The notes under the pieces: generated by a model | Database searches by the model: none | Told to the model about the DNA's origin: nothing | What the model saw: only the letters and a program-made list of their open reading frames with translations | Source of the DNA: Azolla caroliniana | Taxonomy: Eukaryota; Plantae; Polypodiophyta | Direction: 5' to 3' | Assembly: GCA_043228905.1 (NCBI GenBank) | Contig: JBHGNT010000008.1 | Span: 7,626,001 to 7,690,000, forward strand | DNA: 64,000 bases | Part shown: positions 13,146 through 26,113 of the stretch, piece after piece | Layout: the number at the start of each line of letters is the position of its first letter | Position numbering within the stretch: position 1 is the first letter of the stretch | Translations under genes and position numbers: made by a program

Positions 13146-13765
13146 TGTCGTGAATATTTTCGACAACGGTGTGAAAATCATGTGGAACAAACAAAATCGA
13201 GAAAGTGTAATTAGCACTCAAACATTTGTAAATAAAATAAGACTAAAGCCTAGTAAACTTTGAGTCCATACAAAGGGGTGCAACCAAGGCTTGAACCTTG
13301 CACCTCCATGATAAGAGACGAATTAACTTACCACTAAAGCCACTACTAAGTGCTGTACATTTTGTATATTTTCTTTTCATATTCAATATTTTGTAGGAAG
13401 CAAACATATAAAAACCGTGGGCACAAAACCATGGTTTTAGCCCATGGTTTTAGCCCGTGGGTTTAGCCCATGGTTTTTGCATGGAGAAACCTATAAAAGC
13501 CTATAGTGGGGCTTGTGTAAGGGGGCAAGTGATGTAAGTAAAAAAAAGTTTAATCAAAGATCGAAGTTATCCTAATGGTGATGTATCTTGTCTCGTAAAA
13601 CTAAAGTGAAGGGTTCAATCTCTATCTCAATCTCTCTCTATCTCTTCATCCATCTATTTATCTTCAATACTTTCTCACTTACGTTGTTAAAAAAATCGAA
13701 TCCTTCCGGTCCAGGACCCCGGTGGTCCCGCTTCATTTCACGAACACGCGAGGATTTCCTTGACA
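13146..13765 (+). repeat. 3' LTR of C1, with an antisense A/B-box module (13287-13342) and ~13-bp repeats at 13411-13480
   Basis: Matches 6786-7097; TGTCGTGAA...TTGACA. Confidence 0.88.
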
Positions 13766-14344
13766 CCGTAACCCAGTGTGTAGACTGGGTGCGTAAAACA
13801 GTATGCATAACGTGGCCGTATTGGTGCGTAAACCGAAAGGCCGGAATAATTTTGGGAGTTAGTGTAGTAGGCTCATTTATGAGCAGTCAAGTACTGTCAG
13901 TACTTGTGTCAGCCCGATAGTCAGAGCTTGTATAAAAGGTGCTCACTGAGCACGAAGTATGTATAGAGTGTCATTATTTTGAAATAGAACTGAGTTGTCT
14001 GCTCTCTCTCCCTCTCTCTCTCTCTCCCTCTCCCTCTCCCTCTCCGTGTTTTCTGTGTTTTACCAAATTGTCATTCTCCGAACTGTGTACTCTGTGTTTC
14101 GCATACGCTTCCATACACGTATTCTTTTACATGGTATTAGAGCGCGAGGGTTGAAGTCCTCTGCAGCCGACAGAAAAGCTTGCGACAGAGACATAGTTGA
14201 GTTGGTATTCTTGGCTTTCGGAAAAGATAAGATAGCAACATGGAAAGAGGAATGGGAAGCTCGCTACCGACTCAGAAGCTCGATAGGAGCAACTACACAT
14301 CTTGGTCGTACAAGATGCACCAATACCTGCTTGGTCATGGCTAC

Positions 14345-14733
14345 TGTTGGGATTACGGTCCCTCCGGATGGGATGGTCGGATGTCCGGGAACCGGATGAT
14401 GAAGACCCCGGCTACGGAACCGGATGATGAAGACCCCGGCTACGGAGCCGGATGATGAAGACCCCGGTTACGAAGCTGGATGATGAAGACCCTGGCTACG
14501 GAGCCGGATGATGAAGACCCCGGCTACGGAGCCAGATGACGAATGTACTCGGAGAGAGATCCGGATGCGGGGACATATTTGTGAATATGTTTGCCAAGGG
14601 CCCTTGAGGCTATAGTTGTAAATATCCCGAAAGTCATATGTGTATAAATATGACTTAGGGCAAACTGTTTATTGTTGCTGTAAGTTGTTACTCTTTTTCT
14701 GGTTTTTCCACTTAGAGGGAGCTAAGTGAGCAG

Positions 14734-14766
<33 letters not shown>

Positions 14767-15039
14767 GAAGAGGTCGTTGCCTCGGTGTATCACCGCCGCC
14801 TGTGGCGAAGACAGTGAGCTCAAGGTTGTTGCCTTGTAGCTTCACGATTGTACATCTCTGTTTATAGTGATAGTTGGAGTTTGAGGACTCCCGTGGTTTT
14901 TTCCCATTTAGGGTTTTTCCACGTAAAACATCCTGTGTACTCCTCTCTCTCTATTGTCCTCGTGCATTTTTCTTTGTATTTCCCGTTTTTCTGTGAGTTG
15001 ATCCTATTCCTCGGTTGTGGCCGAGCACGGTGTTCAACA
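14345..15039 (+). repeat. 5' LTR of A, with five 28-bp U3 repeats (14388-14527) and (AG)14
   Basis: Unit ggaaccggatgatgaagaccccggctac; near-identical to 19155-19791. Confidence 0.95.
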
Positions 15040-15070
15040 AAGTGGTATAAGAGCGACGGTAACACAGAAA

Positions 15071-18000
15071 ATGGAAGGCGGCGGTAGTGGGCCTCCGGGC
15101 ATGATGGTGTTGAACTCACAGAACTACGCCGACTGGAAGATAAAGATGGAAGACCTTCTCATCGTCCGAGACCTGTACGAACCGATCGACAATGCCGAGA
15201 TACCCAAGGGGGTAATAGAGTCGGAGTGGAAGCTCCTGAACCGGAAAGCCGTAGCGACGATCCGGCAATATGTCGATGTGAGCGTTCTACAACATGTGGC
15301 GAACGACACCAACGCATATGAGATGTGGCGGAAGCTGTCGGGCCTCTACGAGAGGAAGAATGCGTTGAACCGGACCTCCCTGATGAGGAAGATAGTGAAC
15401 CTCAAGTACCGGGACGGCGAGAGTATGGTGGAACATGTAAGCACGTTCATGGGATTTGTGAACCAGCTTGCGGCGATCAAGTTCCCGTTGGAGGATGCAA
15501 TGCAAGCCATCATCCTGATGTGTACATTGCCGGAAAGCTGGGAGAACTTGGTGGTGACTCTCAGCACCTCCTGCACCGAAGATAACTTGTCCCTACAAAC
15601 GGTAAAGACAAGCATTTTGAAGGAAGAAGCGCGTCGGAGAGATAAAGAACCAGCCTCCGATCCGAAGATGCTGCTTACCGAATCGGATCGGGGAAGACAA
15701 CGGAACCGGAGTCCGCAAAGACGGGAGAAGTCGGGGACCCGGTCGCAGTCAAGAGGAAGGCCCACATGCTTCCACTGTGGGAAGCCGGGGCACTTCCGAA
15801 AGAATTGTCGGCATTACCGAAAAGACAACGGAGCCGACGACACCGATTCGAAGAAGTCTTCGGAACGGAACGGTGCTTACCGGGGAGCCATGGACCGGAA
15901 TGGTTCGGATCGGCGAGGGCAGGACCGAAAAGGAACGACGGCACTCGCGGCAAGTGAAGAGGAGATCATGCTCATCACCGAAGAAGGTGAACTAAACGTT
16001 GCCGGCGATGAGACTACCTGGGTGGTCGATTCCGGAGCGTCGTTCCACCTGACCCCGGAAAGAAGATACTTCTCATCCTACGCAGCCGGTGAGCATGGCT
16101 GTGTTCGGATGGGAAATGAAGGTACGTGCCGGATTGCCGGCATAGGAGACGTGTGGTTGACAACCTCGACCGGATGCAAAATGTTGCTGAAGGATGTCCG
16201 ACACGTTCCGGAAGTCCGATTGAACCTGATTTCGGCCGGGAGGCTAGACGATGAAGGCTACACGGGTAGCATCCGGAACGGTGTCATGAAGTTCAGCAAA
16301 GGGAGCCTGATAGTGGCTCGGGCCCGGAAGGTCAACACACTGTACCTGATGAATTCCCGGCTATGTCCGGAGGAGCTGAACGTGGCAGCTGACACTGCCG
16401 GTGAGCTGTGGCACAAGAGACTATGCCACATGAGCGAGAAGGGGATGAAGAGGCTTGCCGAAGACAACCTGATACCGGTAAAGCACGTACACTTGGGGAA
16501 GTGCACCGATTGCCTGGCCGGTAAGCAAAACCGGACCTCCTTCCGCTCAAGACCACCGATGAGACGTAGTGTACCATTGGAGTTGGTACACACTGATGTG
16601 TGTCAGGTAGAAACGAAGTCACATGGCGGTGCCCAGTACTTCGTAACATTCATAGATGACCATAGCCGAAAGCTGTGGACGGCACCGTTGAAGACAAAGG
16701 ACCAAGTATTGTCCGTCTGCAAAGAACTCCACGCGAGAATGGAAAGAGAATCCGGCAAGAAGCTGAAAGCACTACGAGCGGATAACGGAGGAGAATACCA
16801 AGGGCAATTTGAGGAGTATTGTCGTTCGATGGGAATCCGACTCGAGTTTATTGTGCCGAAGACGCCGGAACTGAATGGGCTAGCCGAGAGGATGAACCGG
16901 ACCATAATGGAGAGGGTCCGGAGTATGCTGGCGCATGCGAAATTACCCAAGGGGTTTTGGGCTGAGGCAATGTCGACGGCAACATACGTGATAAACAGAT
17001 CACCCTCAGTACCTTTGGACGGAGACACGCCGCAGAGAGTGTGGACCGGTAAGGAAGTATCCTACCGGCATCTGAAGGTGTTCGGGTGTCTCGCATATGT
17101 GCATGTGGCAAAGGACCGGAGAGGAAAGCTAGATCCAAAGACCCGGCCATGCATATTCCTCGGTTACGGCGATGACGAGTTCGGCTACCGAGTATGGGAC
17201 CCGGTCGACAAAAAGATATTTCGGAGTTGTGATATCATCTTCATGGAGGACAAAACACTCGCCGACCGGGAGTCGGAGAAGAAGATGAAAAGCTCCAAGT
17301 CGACCAGTGAGGATCAACTCTACGAAGAGCAGTCCCGACCGGCAAGGGACCGGTTAGCACTCGAGGATCCGGCCGAAGACGGTGAAGAAACAGAACCGGC
17401 CGAGGAAGATGAAACTGATACCGGAACCGGCCCTGATCCCGAAATGGATTCGGATGAAGAGGAAATGGAGGAGCCGGTTACCGAAGCTCCGGAACGGAGA
17501 TATCCTCTAAGAGAGAGAAGGGCCCCCCGGAGATTTCCGGAACCAGAGCACGTGCTGCTAACCGACGAGGGGGAGCCGGAGAGTTTTGAAGAAACAAAGC
17601 TTGACACCCATAGCCGCAGGTGGTTAAGTGCCATGCAGGAGGAGATGGATTCCCTGCACGAGAACCACACATATGAACTTGTGGAGTTGCCGAAAGGAAA
17701 GCGGGCACTTCGAAACAAGTGGGTGTTCAAGCTGAAACCGGGAGATGCCGGAAACCCCCCGAGATACAAAGCCAGGATCGTGGTGAAGGGGTTCCAGTAG
17801 AAGAAGGGCATCGACTTCGACGAGATATTTGCCCCGGTAGTGAAGATGACCTCCATCCGGACGGTGCTGAGCATAGCGGCAAGCATGGACCTCGAGGTAG
17901 AACAGATGGACGTGAAGACGGCATTCCTTCACGGTGACCTCGAAGAAGAAATCTACATGCAGCAACCGGAAGGATTCGAGAAGAAACGGAAGGAGCACCT

Positions 18001-19144
18001 GGTATGCCGGCTGAAGAAGAGCCTTTACGGACTGAAGCAGGCTCCCCGGCAATGGTACCGGAAGTTCGACTCTTTCATGACCGATGAAGGGTACCACAAA
18101 ACGCAGTCCGATCACTGCGTGTTTGTGAAGAAGTTCGAAGGAGGAGACTCTCTAATACTCCTCCTGTACGTGGACGACATGTTGATCGTCGGACGGGACC
18201 AGGTCAAGATACGGATGCTGAAGAAAGCGCTTCTCCGAACCTTCTCAATGAAAGACCTGGGTCCGGCAAGGCAAATACTAGGGATGCACATCATCTGGGA
18301 CCGGAAGAAGAAGCAGTTGTGGCTGTCACAGGAGAAGTACGTGACAAAGGTGCTTCACCGGTTCAACATGTCGGAAGCAAGACCGGTCGGGTCAACCCTC
18401 CCGGGTAACTGCAAGTTGTCCAGCAAGCAAAGCCCCAAGACAAAGGCTGAGAAGGAGGACATGATGAAAGTACCATATGCCTCCGCCGTCGGAAGCTTGA
18501 TGTACGCAATGGTGTGTACAAGACCGGACATAGGATATGCAGTCGGAGTGGTGAGCCGGTACATGAGCAATCCCGGCAAAGAGCACTGGAACGCGGTCAG
18601 GTGGATACTCCGGTACCTGAAGGGCACGGCAAACACGTGCCTCCGATTCGGCTCCGGTAAGCCCGAACTCGACGGCTTTACCGATTCGGATATGTCGGCT
18701 GATGCAGATACCAGCCGGTCCACATCCGGGTATGTGATGACGTATGCAGGGGGAGCTGTTTCGTGGCAGTCGAGGCTGCAGAAGACGGTTGCATTGTCAA
18801 CCACGGAGGCGGAGTACATGGCGGCTGTTGAAGCCGGCAAGGAAATGATATGGATGAAGGACTTCATTAGAGAGCTCGGTATCTGGCAGGAGGAGTATCG
18901 ACTCTACTGCGACAGTCAGAGTGCCATCCACCTTGCGAAGAACGCGGCCTATCACTCCCGGACGAAGCACATCCAGCGAAGATATCACTGGATCCGGGAA
19001 AGGATAGAAGACCAGGAGTTCGTGCTGACGAAGATCCACACGGACGAGAACGGGTCAGACATGCTGACCAAAGTGCTCACACCCGACAAGCTGGAAGCGT
19101 GCCGGAAGAGGGTCGGACTGGAAAGACATCCCATGCCGAAGTGA
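15071..19144 (+). pseudogene. copia gag-PR-IN-RT-RNaseH polyprotein with one in-frame TAG at 17798-17800
   Basis: ORFs 15017-17800 and 17840-19144 are in the same frame; CFHCGKPGHFRKNC, WVVDSGAS, DNGGEY, LLYVDD, TKHI. Confidence 0.93.
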
Positions 19145-19154
19145 AGGGGGAGTT

Positions 19155-19487
19155 TGTTGGGATTACGGTCCCTCCGGATGGGATGGTCGGATGTCCGGGA
19201 ACCGGATGATGAAGACCCCGGCTACGGAGCCGGATGATGAAGACCCCGGTTACGGAGCCGGATGATGAAGACCCCGGCTACAGAGCCGGATGACGAATGT
19301 ACCCGGAGAGAGATCCAGATGCGGGGACATATTTGTGAATATGTTTGCCAAGGGCCCTAGAGGCTATAGTTGTAAATATCCCAAAAGTCATATGTGTATA
19401 AATATGACTTAGGGCAAACTGTTTATTGTTGCTGTAAGTTGTTACTCTTTTTCTGGTTTTTCCACTTAGAGGGAGCTAAGTGAGCAG

Positions 19488-19518
<31 letters not shown>

Positions 19519-19791
19519 GAAGAGGTCGTTGCCTCGGTGTATCACCGCCGCCTGTGGCGAAGACAGTGAGCTCAAGGTTGTTGCCTTGTAGCTTCACGAT
19601 TGTACATCTCTGTTTATAGTGATAGTTGGAGTTTGAGGACTCCCGTGGTTTTTTCCCATTTAGGGTTTTTCCACGTAAAACATCCTGTGTACTCCTCTCT
19701 CTCTATTGTCCTCGTGCATTTTTCTTTGTATTTCCTGTTTTTCTGTGAGTTGATCCTATTCCTCGGTTGTGGCCGAGCACGGTGTTCAACA
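19155..19791 (+). repeat. 3' LTR of A, with three 28-bp repeats and (AG)13
   Basis: 58 bp shorter than the 5' LTR, which equals 2x28 + 2. Confidence 0.95.
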
Positions 19792-20131
19792 GCTACTGGA
19801 GTTATGTCGAAGGAGATAATGATACAACACCCGAATCGACACATAGGGATTTTTCTTCTTGGGAACAGGCGGCAAGTAGAGTTCTCTACTGCTTTGCGTC
19901 CTGTGTGAGCGACCAGCTATTGAGCTATATTCGGGATGCCAAGACGCCAAAGGATGCATAGGCGAATCTCAAGAAGATTTTCGCTGCTAGCACCATAGCC
20001 AGAAAGCTTCAACTCAAGCAGGAGTTGAGCAATGTTCGACAACGAGATATGTCGGTGGCTGATTACACCTCAAAGATCAAAGAAATATGCGACTCTCTCG
20101 CCTTCGTCAACGTGAACGTTGAGGAAGATGA

Positions 20132-21123
20132 TGACAGGAACTACACGCTCCGATGAACAACGCTCGGCCACAACCGAGTCTAAAATCAAACACAGAAAAC
20201 GGATAATGAATGCACGACACAAAGGAGAGAGGAGTACACAGGATGTTTAACGTGGAAAGCCCTGAGAGGGAAAAACCACGGGAGTTCACAGACTCCAAAC
20301 TATCACTATATCACAATGATTACAACAGTGAGCTCACGGAGGCAACGACCTCGTGCACACAATCTTCGCCATAGGCGGCGGTTACAACAGAGGCAACGAC
20401 CTCTTCCTCTCTCTCTCTCTCTCTGTACACTGTTACGCGCTCTCTAATCTAGCGCCAACAAGAATGACAACCACTCTCTAAGTTTGCCCTAAGTCATATT
20501 TATACTAATATGACTTTTCGGCTATTTACAAATATAGCCCCGATGGACTCTCAGAAACATATTTACGAATATGTCCCTTCATCCGGTGAGCAGTCCTCAC
20601 CGGGCTTGCATCATCCGGCGCTTGCCGGGTACTCGTCATCTGGTTCTCACCGGGTCTTCCGTTTTTGGGTACTCATCCGGTTCTCACCAGGTCTTCCGTA
20701 GCTGGGTACTCGTCATCCGGTTCTCACCGGGTCTTCCGTAGCCGGGTACTCGTCATCCGGTTCTCACCAGGTCTTCATCATCCAGCTCTTGCCGGGTACT
20801 CGTCATCCGGTTCTAACCAGGCCTTCCATAGCCGGGTACTCGTCATCCGGTTCTCACTTGGTCTTCATCATCCAACTCTTGCCGGGTACTCGTCATCCGG
20901 TTCTCACCGGGTCTTCCGTAGCCGGGTACTCGTCATCCTGTTCTCACTGGGTCTTCATCATCCAGCTCTTGCCGGGTACTCGTCATCCGGTTCTCACCAG
21001 GTCTTCCGTAGCCGGGTACTCATCATCCGGTTCTCACTGGGTCTTCATCATCCAACTCTTGCCGGGTACTCGTCATCCGGTTCTCACAGGGTCATCCCAT
21101 CCGGAGGGACCTGTTTCCTAGCA
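20132..21123 (-). repeat. Solo LTR of the Tnt1-like family with an expanded ~500-bp tandem array (20580-21090)
   Basis: TG...CA termini, perfect TSD GATGA; interrupts D gag at VNVEED|EMVQVCL. Confidence 0.92.
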
Positions 21124-24100
21124 GATGAGATGGTGCAGGTTTGTCTTGGTGGGTTAGTTTCAAAGTTCGGAGTGTTCCGAATGGCGGTCTGTACGAGGTA
21201 GAATACGACTACGTTCTTCAAGATTCAGTCAATGTTGCTCATGGAGGAAAATCAAGCAGGTGCATCAACGAGTACGCACGCCGACGTGGTGGACGAGGCG
21301 GCCGAAAAGAGCTGAATGGACAGCATAATCGAAATGTCGGGAATAATTTTGAACCCTTCGGAAGTAGGGGGAGTCATGGCAGCGCCGGAAGCCGTCAAGA
21401 TAAGGCCGCAACGGAATGCTGGTACTGTGGGAAGAAAGGCCACAGGGAGAGTGAGTGCAGTGCTGGAAGAAAAAAACTGATTCGGACAAAGCCGGACCAA
21501 ACGGGAGAGACGCAGGAAGGCGTCAAAAGTCGCACTACGTTAAGGACCCCGAACAATCTAGAAATGGATCGAGCCTTGCATTCGTAATGAAGCACAAGGC
21601 CAATTCAATGGCCGTGAACACCTCTAAATCGAGCGAGGTGTGGTATGTTGATTCGGGAGAGTCAAATCATATGACGAGTCACGAGGAATGGTTCTCGTAC
21701 TTGGAGAAGCCAGAAAAGCAAGGGGTAGTCGAAACGGGAGATGACACCCCGCATACCATCGAACATGTCGGTGAAGTTCCCCTCAGCCATGTCGGGCAAA
21801 AAGGGAAACTCATAAACGTACTACACGTCCCGACAACAACGAAGAACCTGGTGTCGGTCGGACAGATCGTCGACCAAGGGATGCAGGTTCGATTCACGCA
21901 TCTAGGGTGCTTCATAGAAGAGGAGGGCAAAGTAATCGCGCAAGGGCGCCGTGAAGGGAGGATGTTTATCCTCGAAACCAACAATGTGGGCACCACTATG
22001 TTTGCGAAAGGGCAGAAGGTCGAGTCGGACATCGACCTGTGGCATAAGCGGTTTGGCCATATTAACTTCCCGTGGCTTCGTGAAATGCAAACGAAGACCA
22101 TTGTGTTTGGCTTGCCAAAATTTCGAGGCCGGAATGGCCAAGTCTGTGAAGCATACCAGATGGGAAAACAACACTGACGTCCATTCCCCAATGAGCGTAA
22201 TCGTAGTCGAAATCCACTGCATTTGATCCATTAAGATGTGTTGGGTCCGGCACAGAACGCGAGTCTCGGTGGAAGCCGTTACTTTATAACCTTCATCGAC
22301 GACTTCACTCGGCACACGTGGGTATGCACGATCACGAAGAAGAGTGAAGTCTTCGCATGTTTTTTGAAGGTGAAGAGCCTTGTGGAAAGGGAAATAGGGT
22401 GTAAGATCAAATGCCTCGGGTCCGATGGCGGGAAGGAGTACTTCTCCAAGCAGTTCACAAGTTATCTACAGAAGGAGGGAATTCGACGCAAATTCTCGTG
22501 TAGATACACACCGTAGCAGAACGGCATGGCCGAGCGGAAGAATCGGACAATCGAAGAAGCGGCCAGGGCAATGCTTGCAGAGAAGCATATGTCGAAATTC
22601 TACTTGCAGAATCAGACTTCTGCTAATGGAGGAGTGTCGCCACATGAATTGTATTTCGGGAAGAAGCTGAACTTGGCACACTTGAGGATTTTCGGTAGCA
22701 TAGCATATGTGCATGTGCCGAAGGAAAAGAGGAGGAAATTGGATGCCAAAGCTGAAAAGTGCATCTTCGTCTGCTATCCAGATGAGCAGAAGGGGTATAA
22801 GTGTTATCACCCCCGAATAAAGGAAGTGCATGTAAGTTGAGATGTCGTGTTCGACGAGTCCACTTCGTGGTACTTGCCTTCCCCTCCAGTACCTCATGAA
22901 TCCATTTCAAATTCTGAAGAAGAAGTCAGCGAGGCTGAGATGCCTCCGCATGATGCGGACATCGGAGCTCTGAGAGAGAGTCTGATCTCATTTTGGCTGA
23001 GTGGGCCGAATGAGGGGTTGGACTGAAATGGCCAATCAAATGAAGAGACGGCGAGTAGTGAAGACTCAGTCGTGATGTCCCCACGTAAAGAACCGAGGAG
23101 ACGGTTTACGTACAAGGAGAAAGGGAAGAAAAAGATGTTGGATTACGATTTCAACAATGCCGAGTTAGATTGGAGCGAATCTGACTACGGGTAAAATGAA
23201 AAGGAACCTCCACGGAAGAGGTCGACATTAGCCGAAAAGGTTGTGACATCGGGTAATCACGAATTACGCCGATCTACCCACCTGAAGAACCCCGTAAAGA
23301 GATACAGGTATAATGAGTTCATGGCGCACCATTATGCGTACATGACACGAGTGGTGGGGAAGTGCGTGAGCCAGAGAGCTACGCAGAAGCGACGAAAGAC
23401 GCAAACTGGCGTGCCACGATGGAGGAAGAGATGCGCGCTTTGACTGATAATGAGACTTGGGACCTGGCTGACGCACCGAAGGGTGTAAAGCCGATCGGAT
23501 GTAGGTGGGTGTATAAAGTGAAATACAATACTGGCGGCTCAGTCAATCGATACAAGGCCCGTTTAGTTGCGAAAGGCTACGCACAGAAGCATGGTGTAGA
23601 CTACGATGAGACCTTCGTGCTTGCCACAAAGATGACTACCATGCGTGTTCTGCTAGCCGTAGCTACTGCAAAGGGGTGGCATTTACATCAGATGGATGTA
23701 AAGAACGCGTTCCTACAAGGTGATCTTGAGGAGAAGGTGTACATGGTACAACCCTCGGATTTCTATCTGAACGAAACACTTCAGTAATTTGCCGACTGAA
23801 GAAGTCACTCTACGGACTTAAGCAAGCCCCGCGAGCCTGGAACACGAAGATTATGCAACAGTTGCGTAGGATGGGGTTTACGACATCGAAATCGGACTCT
23901 TCACTATTTGTTCAGCAAGGTCAATATGGACCGGTTAGCCTTCTACTGTATGTTGATGATTTAGTCATCGCTGGTGCTGACCTGGATGAAATCCGTCGTG
24001 TAAAGTCTCAGTTTGCGGCATCATTCGAAATGAAGGATCTTGGAGACCTTCACTACTTTCTCGGGATCGAAGTGATCCGCGCCCCCGAAGGCATATTGAT

Positions 24101-25434
24101 CAGCCATCGTCATTACACGCTGAATATGCTCTTCAAGTTCGGGATGGCCAACTGTAAGCCCATCTCGACCCCTCTGGATAGAAACACAAAGCTTCGCCGT
24201 GATTCGGGAAACGCATGCGACCTGACATAGTTTCGACAGATTGTCGGAAGCCTGATATATTTGACAATCACTAGGTCGGACGTCAACTACCCGGTCGGAC
24301 TAATCAGTCAGTTTATGTCGAGGCCTATGGCCTAACACTTTCAGTGCGCGCAAAGGATATTGCGATATGTCAACGTCACGTAAGACATGGCGTTGCTGTA
24401 TTGGGCAGGCGTAGCCGAACAGATGGTTGGCTACACGGATGCTGATTTGGCCGGAAACACCAGTGATCGTTGATCCACATCCGCATACGACTTCTCATTA
24501 GGAAGTGTGACGATAGCGTGGAGTAGTAAGAAGTAGCTGACAATAGCATTGTCGAGCATAGAGACCGAATATTGAGGGGCGACTATCGCTACGTGCGAAG
24601 TCATTTGGCTGAAACAACTGTTACGGGATCTGCATGTGGAGGTGTTCGATTCGACGATGATCTATTGTGACAACCTTAGCTGTATCCACCTTGCGAAAAA
24701 CCTTGTATTCCACGCCCAGACCAAGCACATTGAGGTGCATTACCATTTTGTCCGCGAGCGGGTCCTTTCAGGTGACGTTGAACTAGCGTATGTTCTAACT
24801 GATCGACAAGTTGTTGACATTTTCACCAAGCCTCTTGGTCTCGACAAGTTATGGCATTTCTTGGGCAAGCTTGGGTTGCGTCACCTCGACACGCCGAACT
24901 TGAGGGGGAGACAGGAACAAGAGAGTGAAAGGAGCGGAGGTGATCATCACGGCGGAAGTGACCGTCATGCAAAGTCGGACGAAGAATTCGATTTCGGGCT
25001 GGCTGAAGAAGCCGATGAAGAGAGCAAGGGACGTAATTGTATGGAAGAGCCGAGGACAGCCGAATCAGGGAGAGGTAAGGCCAAGACCAACACGTGGTTT
25101 GACATTGTCAAAGGCCTAAAGACTGAAGACGAATTGGAGATAGCCAATTTGGATGTTAGTGGAATTGAATCGGAAAACCGATTCAATCGAAATGTTCGAT
25201 TTGGATATTACGAATCTACTGAGGGCCAAGCGGAGGAAAGGGCAACAGAAGAGGCACCAACACCGCAACAACAAGGGAGTTGAGAAGGGCCAAATGAGTA
25301 GACTAGCCAACCAGAAGGGTCGAGGAGCGCGGAATCGAACAGGTTGAGGAACGCGAGCAAGGTGTGAAGCCAGGAAAAGCCGGAGTGAAGATCTGGAGGA
25401 GCATGTGGAACTTCAAGTTGAGCTTGAGGGGGAG

Positions 25435-25857
25435 TGTTGAGTGACAAGCTCAACATTGGGTGCGTAACACGGTCCATAACCCAGTGCGTACACTGGGTGC
25501 GTAAAACAGTACGCATAATGTGGCCATATTGGTGCGTAAAAACCGAAAGGCCGTTAGTATGGTATTCCTTGTAAGGAATAATTTTGGGAGTTAGTGTAGT
25601 AGGCTCATTTACGAGGAGTCAAGTATTGGCAGTACTTGTGTCAACCCGATAGTCAGGGCTTGTATAAAAGGTGCTCATTGAGCACGAAGTATGTATAGAG
25701 TGTCATTATTTTGAAATAGAATTGAGTTGTCTACTCTCTCTCTCTCCCTCTCCCTCTCCCTCTCCCTCTCTGTGTTTTCTGTGTTTTACCAAATTGTCTT
25801 TCTCCGAATTGTATACTCTGTGTTTCGCATATGCTTCCGCACACGTATTCTTTTACA
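25435..25857 (+). repeat. 3' LTR of D
   Basis: Matches 6743-6785 + 13770-14131. Confidence 0.92.
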
Positions 25858-26113
25858 ATTAGTTTACAACATCATACTAATAGACCCGATGAGTATCAGG
25901 GTGAACCATCATTTGTCGTAAAGCCATTTATGACAGAAAAAAGGAAAGAACCGAAGAAGCAATCTGCAAGTGGCTGGGCCGATGGGAGTCTCATTTTGAG
26001 CTCTATCCCATGCTAGATAGTACGAAGATTGCAAATGTCGGTCGAGAACTAGGGGGTAAGGCCGCCGCTTGGTGGCGTGGGCTGTGAACTTTGGGGAAAT
26101 TTCCCGATACCTA

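Larger units (their letters stand above)
6786..13765 (+). mobile_element. Ty3/gypsy element C1 (family C), decayed, inserted in the 5' LTR of D
   Basis: Deleted 5' LTR 6786-~7097, 3' LTR 13146-13765 after PPT gagggggga, 4-bp TSD ACGT/CCGT; domain order gag-PR-RT-RH-IN. Confidence 0.88.
14345..19791 (+). mobile_element. Near-intact Tnt1/Tork-like copia element A
   Basis: LTRs 14345-15039 and 19155-19791, PBS TGGTATAAGAGC 15043-15054, PPT 19142-19152, perfect TSD GCTAC. Confidence 0.96.
14240..25283 (+). pseudogene. copia gag-pol of element D (split at 14345-19796 and 20132-21128)
   Basis: KLDRSNYTSW...LGHGY|WSYVEG, CWYCGKKGH, WYVDSG, FIDDFTRHTW, RYKARLVAKGY, LLYVDD, KHIEVHYHF. Confidence 0.88.
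6743..25857 (+). mobile_element. Ty1/copia element D with three nested insertions
   Basis: 5' LTR 6743-14131 (split), PBS TGGTATTAGAGC 14132-14143, 3' LTR 25435-25857, PPT 25424-25434, TSD TTTAG/ATTAG (1 mismatch). Confidence 0.88.

Noticed and set aside
17798-17800. In-frame TAG in the element A polyprotein as programmed readthrough
   Set aside because: It lies inside RT at KGFQ*KKG where Gln is expected, and the context is not CARYYA; it is a simple CAG>TAG mutation
20580-21090. Repeat array resembling CRISPR or a repetitive protein ORF
   Set aside because: No unique spacers and no cas genes; it is the U3 array of a TSD-flanked solo LTR
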